Source: Azolla caroliniana
Taxonomy: Eukaryota > Plantae > Polypodiophyta
Assembly (NCBI GenBank): GCA_043228905.1
Contig: JBHGNT010000018.1
Span: 10,230,001-10,294,000, forward strand
Direction: 5' to 3'
DNA: 64,000 nt
This document shows, piece after piece, positions 57,950-64,000 of this stretch. How positions within the stretch are numbered: the first letter of the stretch is position 1; each line of letters starts with the position of its first letter. The notes beneath the pieces are model-generated. The model had not been told where the DNA came from. It was given only the letters and a program-made list of their open reading frames with translations, and ran no database searches. The position numbers were made by a program, and so were the translations under genes.

Positions 57950-60779
57950 GGACAGTACCTTGTACGTCGAATCCACCATCCGACCCTTGCTATTCTTCGT
58001 CCAGAATATCTAGAATGCTTTGTTCGAGAGTCTCCAATGGTTCATCTAGAATTGGTTGTTGTTGTTGTTGTTGTGGTTGATGCTGCTCCGTTGATGGCTG
58101 TTGCGACTGGTCTGTTGGTGGCTGCTACGGCTGCTCCTCCGTTTGTTGCTCTGACACTGGCGTTACTGTCGTTGCTCCCTCCGTCGTAGTGGTCTCCGGT
58201 TGACTGGTTCCGGCCTAGCCCTCGTCCGGCGCTGGTTCCTCATCACTAAGGTTAACCGTTGCCGCTTCCCGTGCTTTTTCTTCCCGAACCCGGGACCGCT
58301 CATAGCTCTCAAACTGGATTTGAGCGTCCAGCCTATCATCGTCTAGCTAAGCTACGAGTTGTCGGACCTGCACCAGTTGTTCATCCGCCAAGACTTGGAA
58401 GTCTTCGGCCAGCTCGTCCCGTATGGCGGTGAAGTTCTCGGAAGTCAACGTGTAACAATCATCTCCTTCCTTCCGCCGGTTTTCCATGTATGCCCGTAGC
58501 AATTGGAGTTCCGCCGTATTTTGTGCCCACTTTGTCCACCATCTTACGGAGCTTTCGTCAATCAAGCGTTTTGTCTGATTTAGCCATGCCCGGAGGATGC
58601 ACTGAATCCGGCCCGTTCCCATCTGCGATTTGATCTCCGCATCTTGTCATTCCTCCTTCAATTGCTTGATGATTTTGACGTTGTCGTCCGCCTGCTCCTT
58701 GTAATGCGTCAATTGCCCTTGATATGTGCTTTGTAATTTTTGCAATACCGTTGACACTCTCTCCCTTTCTTCCTGTTGCTGCCTTTAGAGCTCCATCCGG
58801 ACCTTCTCCGCCTCGTCCAACCGTCTTGTATTTTCCGCTCGTTCGTCGGCGAGTGCCGTCGCGGCCCGATCAACTTCCTGCCGAAGCTCGGCCATCCGTT
58901 CCTTATGCTCCGTTTCCAGCCGTTTGTAGTCCCGGTGTAGGTGCTCAAAATCATCTGTCTTTTGCTTGAGCCGTACGTTGATCTGTCGACGGGCCCGGTC
59001 CTCGCGGTCCTTCTTCTGGCGGAGCTCCTCCTTTAACCGTTCAATTTCCATTTCCGCCGTCTTCCGCAGCTTGTTCTTTTCCTATAGCACTTTGTCTTTT
59101 TCCTCCCTTAGCCAGTCGTAAGCTTGATGGCCTTTCCGGAGGCTCTCCTCTGCCCGGCGGAGGTTCTCAGCCGTCTTCTTTAATTCTGCTTCGGCCGCTA
59201 TCTTCAATTCCCGTTCACGGCTCCTTAGCGCTTCTTGTGCGGCAAGTTCATCTCTCAATTCCGCAAGCTCTTGGGCTTGCACCACATCTCTCTCTGGAAC
59301 GGTTTCCATTGCCGGGGTCTTATTAGTATGTACAGGTTGGTCTGTTTCTTTACTCTGTACACTTACTGGAGTCACCGGTGCTTGGATCTGTGTTGCCGTT
59401 AAGGCCATTTTGGCCATTTCTATCGTGACATGATCCAAGTCTTTTTCAAGGCACCGGATTCTAGACCAGGCCGTCTCTAGTTGTTCGGTTGTGACGAGCA
59501 CCTATTCGCTTTGCGCTCTTTCTTCCGCCTCAATATACCCCACTGCTCCGGCAATCTATTCGCCTATCCACCGGAGCCACAGGCTACCGGTGCATTGTTG
59601 TTGCGCTTGCACGGAGGTTTGACGGATGGGCTCGCTTGTGGGTGGGTGGTCCCGCCTGATTGCGCCGAGTTGCAATTCCGTTTCTGCCCGTGGACCACCC
59701 TGCTGTCCTGGTTCCCCTTGCGCTTCTTCTTGGTTGGCCGAGGGAGGCTGCATTGACCTTTCCGGCTCTGGCGGAATGAGACTTGCCGGTGCTGCCGGTG
59801 GTGCAGGGGCTTCTGATTCCAGTGCCATGCGCACCGGTTCCGGTTCCTCCCTTGGCCTGGGAGTCTCAATATGGGGAGCCGGTGTTCCCTCTGTCTGAGG
59901 GTCCAAACGTTTCCCGGCTGCCTCAACGGTCCTTGCTGACAACCGTCGCTGGAGGTGCTCCGTAGGCTCCTCCTCTATTTCCTCTTCCTGAGTCCCGGCA
60001 TTAAGTTTCGCCGCCAAGGGGTCCGCTTCTCTATTCACCGATCGGCAGAGTGTAATCTTTACGGGCCGTACCGGTGGTTCCTCCTGCGCATCCGTTGGCC
60101 GCTTCCGGCTGGCGCTCTCCTTTCCCGCCTGTTCTGCGTCCACCGCCTTCCCCTTAGTGGCCTTAGAGGCCAACAACTGTTGTCTTTTGGAAGTAGTCTT
60201 TGGGGTGCCATCCGCCACTCTTCCCCGCTTCTTGGGCTGGACGGGTGGCACAAGCAAGGTGAGCCATTGTGTTATTGCGTGCCATATCTTCCGTCCGTCT
60301 TGGCCTTCTTTGCTGTCTTTTCCTCTGACGATCTCGATCGCCGCACACAAACCGTCTGCGATCAATACTGGCCAATCAACCTTGATCCCTTCATAGGTGG
60401 CGATGATCATCCCTGCCCTGTTCTGCGGCATGACAGGGGGTCTAGGGTACACATGGCTATATTCGTGGAGCACATGGGCAATCTCGCGGAACAGCATATC
60501 TCCGCCGCCCTGTGTTCGGTAGCCCTTGCTGGCTAGGGAGTACTCACCAAAATACTTGATGAGTTGCTCCGAGGTCGGATTGTCAATCGTGAATATGCCT
60601 CCCTCCGGAAGGCCTGTTAACGCACGGATCGCCTCCTCCGTTATGACCTCTGTGTCGATTTCTTTAATCACCTTGTCGGCTTCTTTGTGTGGCTGTGCCT
60701 CCATAATCGTCAAGAAGCCCTCGACCCCGTGTTGCTTTAGCCATTTCTTGGCGGCTTCCGACAACGTTTGCGGGTCCAT
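57950..60779 (-). pseudogene. Additional sense-strand ORF downstream of pol (globular N-domain, disordered linker, long coiled coil), disrupted
   Basis: ORF pieces 59556-60779, 59082-59501, 58785-59051 and 58347-58622; ITEEAIRALTGLP...KVDWPVLI; E/K/R/L-rich heptads. Confidence 0.7.
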
Positions 60780-61117
60780 GTCTGTGTCGAGGTCAGATTG
60801 TGGTGGCGAGGTTGGATGGTGATGAGAGTGAGAGTGAGAGAGAGAGAGTTCAGAAAGCGAGGGTTCTCTGTGCGTAGGTTCTCGTCTGGTGATCTGCCAA
60901 CGCCTTGGTGCTTCTGTGCTCCTGGGTTCACGAAATGAGAAGGTTTCCATGCACTGTGGTTTTTCTCTGTGCATTTTGGCGCCTTTTCCGAGCGTGTGCA
61001 CGTCGTGTCCTAAAATAGCATTATGTCCTGTGGCAGCGCTTAAATGCCCACTACGTACCTTTTCGCTCCTCGCTCTCTCGTCTGTTCATACCTCGCTTTT
61101 GCATGATTACTTCGCTT

Positions 61118-61118
61118 T

Positions 61119-61160
<42 letters not shown>
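61118..61160. repeat. (TTTA)n microsatellite between pol and the extra ORF
   Basis: Direct reading. Confidence 0.9.
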
Positions 61161-61162
<2 letters not shown>

Positions 61163-61175
61163 ATGTAGTGTGAGG

Positions 61176-63848
61176 TTACTTGTCCATTGGTCCTATCGGA
61201 CCCTTACCGGCCTCATTACGGTTTGTCGTCGCCTCATTCTCCCTAGTTACCGGCTTGTCGTCTCCTCCGTCTTGGTGGTTGCCGTTTCCCTCACAGGTTG
61301 CCGTTTCCGCACCGGTTCCCAATCCGGTGTCGGTCCTTTGCTCAAATGGGTTCTTGGGCGTCGGTCCTCTATATGGCTTCAATCTGAATCCGTTGACCCA
61401 TTTGCCTAGCACTTCGCCGACAAGTGTCCCTAACTGGTAGGACCCATTATACTCACGTGTCAGCCAATACGGGTCGGTCCATCTAAACCGTAGTTTACCC
61501 GACATCTTGCCCATCCGGGTCTGAAATACTAACACCGGCTTGCCGATTTCGAACATTTTTTCATTTCCTTTCCGGTGCCGGTCGACAAATGCTTTCCATC
61601 GCCGTTGTTCCAATTCTAACTGCAGGATGCTTGCCAGTCGTTGTTTCTCGAGTTCACACAGCGCTGTTAACTGTATTGCCTCCGACTCCTTCTCGTTCAG
61701 CCGTTCCCGTAGCTGGATCCGTAAGCTTGGTACTTGGAATTCCACCGGCATGACCGCCTCTAGTCCGAACGCTAACCGGAACGGTGTTGTTCGGATGCTC
61801 GTTTTGTATGTTGTGCGGTATGCCCAAAGCGCGCTATGTAGCTTGGTATCCCAATCCGTTCGGTTTTCGTTGACGATCTTCCGGAGGATATTCTAGAGCG
61901 TTTTGTTCGTCGACTCAGCTAACCCATTTGCTTGCGGATAGTACGATGTGCTCCGTTTATGGACAACGGCATAGAATGTCGTCAAGCTTTCAACTACTTG
62001 GCCGAGAAAGTGCCCCCCTTGGTCGCTTATTAATTTGATTGGGCATCCGTAACGAAACCAGATGTATTCGTATAGAAATTTTGCCGTTGACGCAGCGGTG
62101 TTGTCTCTTAAGGCTTTGGCCTCCACCCATTTCATGCAGTAATCCGTCGCGAGGATGACGTACCGATTACCTGTTCTCATTGTCGGTGGTTTGAACGGTC
62201 CAACAAAGTCCAGCCCCCACTTCTGGAATGGTTCGAGTGGTAGTACAGGTTGGTGTGGCATTCGAGCTTGCTCCGTTGGCATAGGTCACATTCTTTTGCA
62301 TACCGTACAACATCTCTTAATGTAGTTGGCCACCATAGGCCACTTTGCCATATTTTCCTGGTTGTCGCATCTCCGGCATAGTGACCTCCGGCAACTCCGC
62401 AGTGGGCTTCCCTCAGTATGAGGTCCTTTTCATCGCTGCGCACAGCCCGTCTCCATATGCCGTCCACGCCCTTGTGGTAAAGTGTGTCTCGCAGTAAGCA
62501 GAAATGTCGGCTTTGCACCGCCAAGCATTTCCTTTCGTCCCAGTTCATCTCCTCCGGAGGCAGTCCTGTGCTCAGAAACTGGTGCATATTTGTGAGCCAC
62601 TTGTCTTCCTATGCCACCGTTTCATCTGCTGTCGTTTCCGTAGTGACTCGAAACAACTCCGCATCCGGAAAGTCGTCCGCTACTCCGTCGCCCGTCTCTC
62701 CAGACTCTAATCGGCTTAAATAATCCGCTACGGCATGCTGTATACCGGGTCGGTGGAATATTTCGAACTCGAATTCTTGTAACAGTAAGGTCCACCGGGC
62801 CAACTTACCGGTGAGTGACGCCTTGGACACCAGGTAGAGGAGTGTCGAATGATCTACATGGAAGGAAAAATTCCTTCCCAATAAATAATGCCGAAACTTT
62901 GTGACACTGTAGATCATCCCTAGAGCTTCCCGTTCTATGGTAGAGTAGTTCCGTTCCGCTTGGGATAGCTTTCGGCTAGCATAGTACACTGGCCGGTACC
63001 ACTTTGGCTCCGTAAGCTGCATCAATGCGCTTCCGATTACGATGTCGGAGGCGTCCACGAACACATGAAATTCTTTACTCCAATCCGGAGGCTGCACTAC
63101 TGGTGCTTACGACAATAGTACCGTGAGGGCCCTATACGCCCTATCCTCGGTGTCGGTCCACTGGAATGGTGTTCGATGTACCGCGGCATGCAACGGTGTA
63201 GCCAGGTCGGCCAAGTATCGGAGCATCCGGTTGTGCCACCGGATCTGGCCTAAGAACCGGCTCAATGCCTTTGCCGTTGCCGGCACCGGTGCTTCTAATA
63301 TGGCTTTCACTTTGTCTGGGTCAACTGCAATGCCTTCCTTGCTCACAATATGTCCTAGTAGGGTTCCACTGGACACACCAAATACACACTTCGCTGGATT
63401 CAAGCTTAGCCGGTACGCTCTACACTTTTCTAGAAAAAGACGGAGGTGCTGCAAATGATCCTCTTCCCGGCTATAGACGGCGAAATCGTCAAGGAAAACC
63501 TGCATAAAAGCCGGGATATATTCACCAAAGATTTCTATGATGATTCGTTGGAATGTTGTCGGTGCCGTTTTGAGTTCGAACATCATCACCACGGCCACAA
63601 ACACCCCCCATTCGGTGACGAAAGTCGTTCTCTCTTGGTCATCGGGGTGCATCCGGATCTGATTATACCCGCTGAATCCGTCTAGAAAGCTATAGACCTC
63701 ATGGCCAGCGACGGCATCCAACACTCCATCTGTGAACGGAAGTGGAAACGCATCTGTTACCGTAGCCGCATTGAGTTTCCGGTAGTCCACACAAACTCGA
63801 ATTTTTCCGTTCTTCTTCGGTACGACTACGATCGGGCTCAGCCAGCAA
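61176..63848 (-). pseudogene. Gypsy pol of element H (RT-RNase H-integrase)
   Basis: WLSPIVVVPKKNGKIRVCVDYRKLN, FLDGFSGYNQI, FLDDFAVY, FVDASD, QKWGLDFVGP, ISDQG, QANGLAE; stops and frameshifts. Confidence 0.93.
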
Positions 63849-64000
63849 GCCCTACGGTGTTCTCCTTTTGCCGCTCTAAGTCTGTTACGGTTTGCTCGTT
63901 TGCTTTCTTTACCCATTCCGTCGCTTGCTTCCGGATGGTCTCGTGCGTCTCCCATTCCTTGGCCATGCCCTTCGACCTTGTGGTCACCTGCTGCAGATCT

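Larger units (their letters stand above)
57567..64000 (-). mobile_element. Non-chromovirus Ty3/gypsy element H (Athila/Tat-related) with an extra 3' ORF
   Basis: RT, RNase H and integrase at 61176-63848; extra ORF region; probable 3' LTR 57567-57906 (TG...CA, CTATTTAA box on minus). Confidence 0.85.

Overview
Eukaryotic nuclear DNA from a TE-dense plant region. The PLS-class PPR gene and the retroelement lineages suggest a non-seed plant, probably a fern (inference). The only intact host gene is a 648-aa PPR gene (26809-28755, minus). The rest is a nest of Ty1/copia and Ty3/gypsy LTR retroelements, most resolvable by LTR termini, PBS, PPT and 5-bp TSDs, plus six solo LTRs. The most notable structure is a ~20-kb Mutator-like DNA transposon (28989-49047; ~9 kb without its nested copia pair). 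It has ~110-bp TIRs and a ~935-aa MULE/SWIM transposase that can be rebuilt in frame and carries an unusual N-terminal integrase-like H2C2 motif. It also carries a spliced C2H2/Ulp1-protease cargo unit, internal arrays of its own subterminal motif (reminiscent of VANDAL/KAONASHI) and a 279-bp TGT...ACA foldback element with a near-perfect 5-bp TSD. Other highlights are a copia with substitution-free LTRs but two nonsense codons, a copia family with a duplicated PPT and a translated acidic/NLS-like tail, and an Athila/Tat-type gypsy with a large extra 3' ORF. All counts and alignments were made by eye; no database searches were run.
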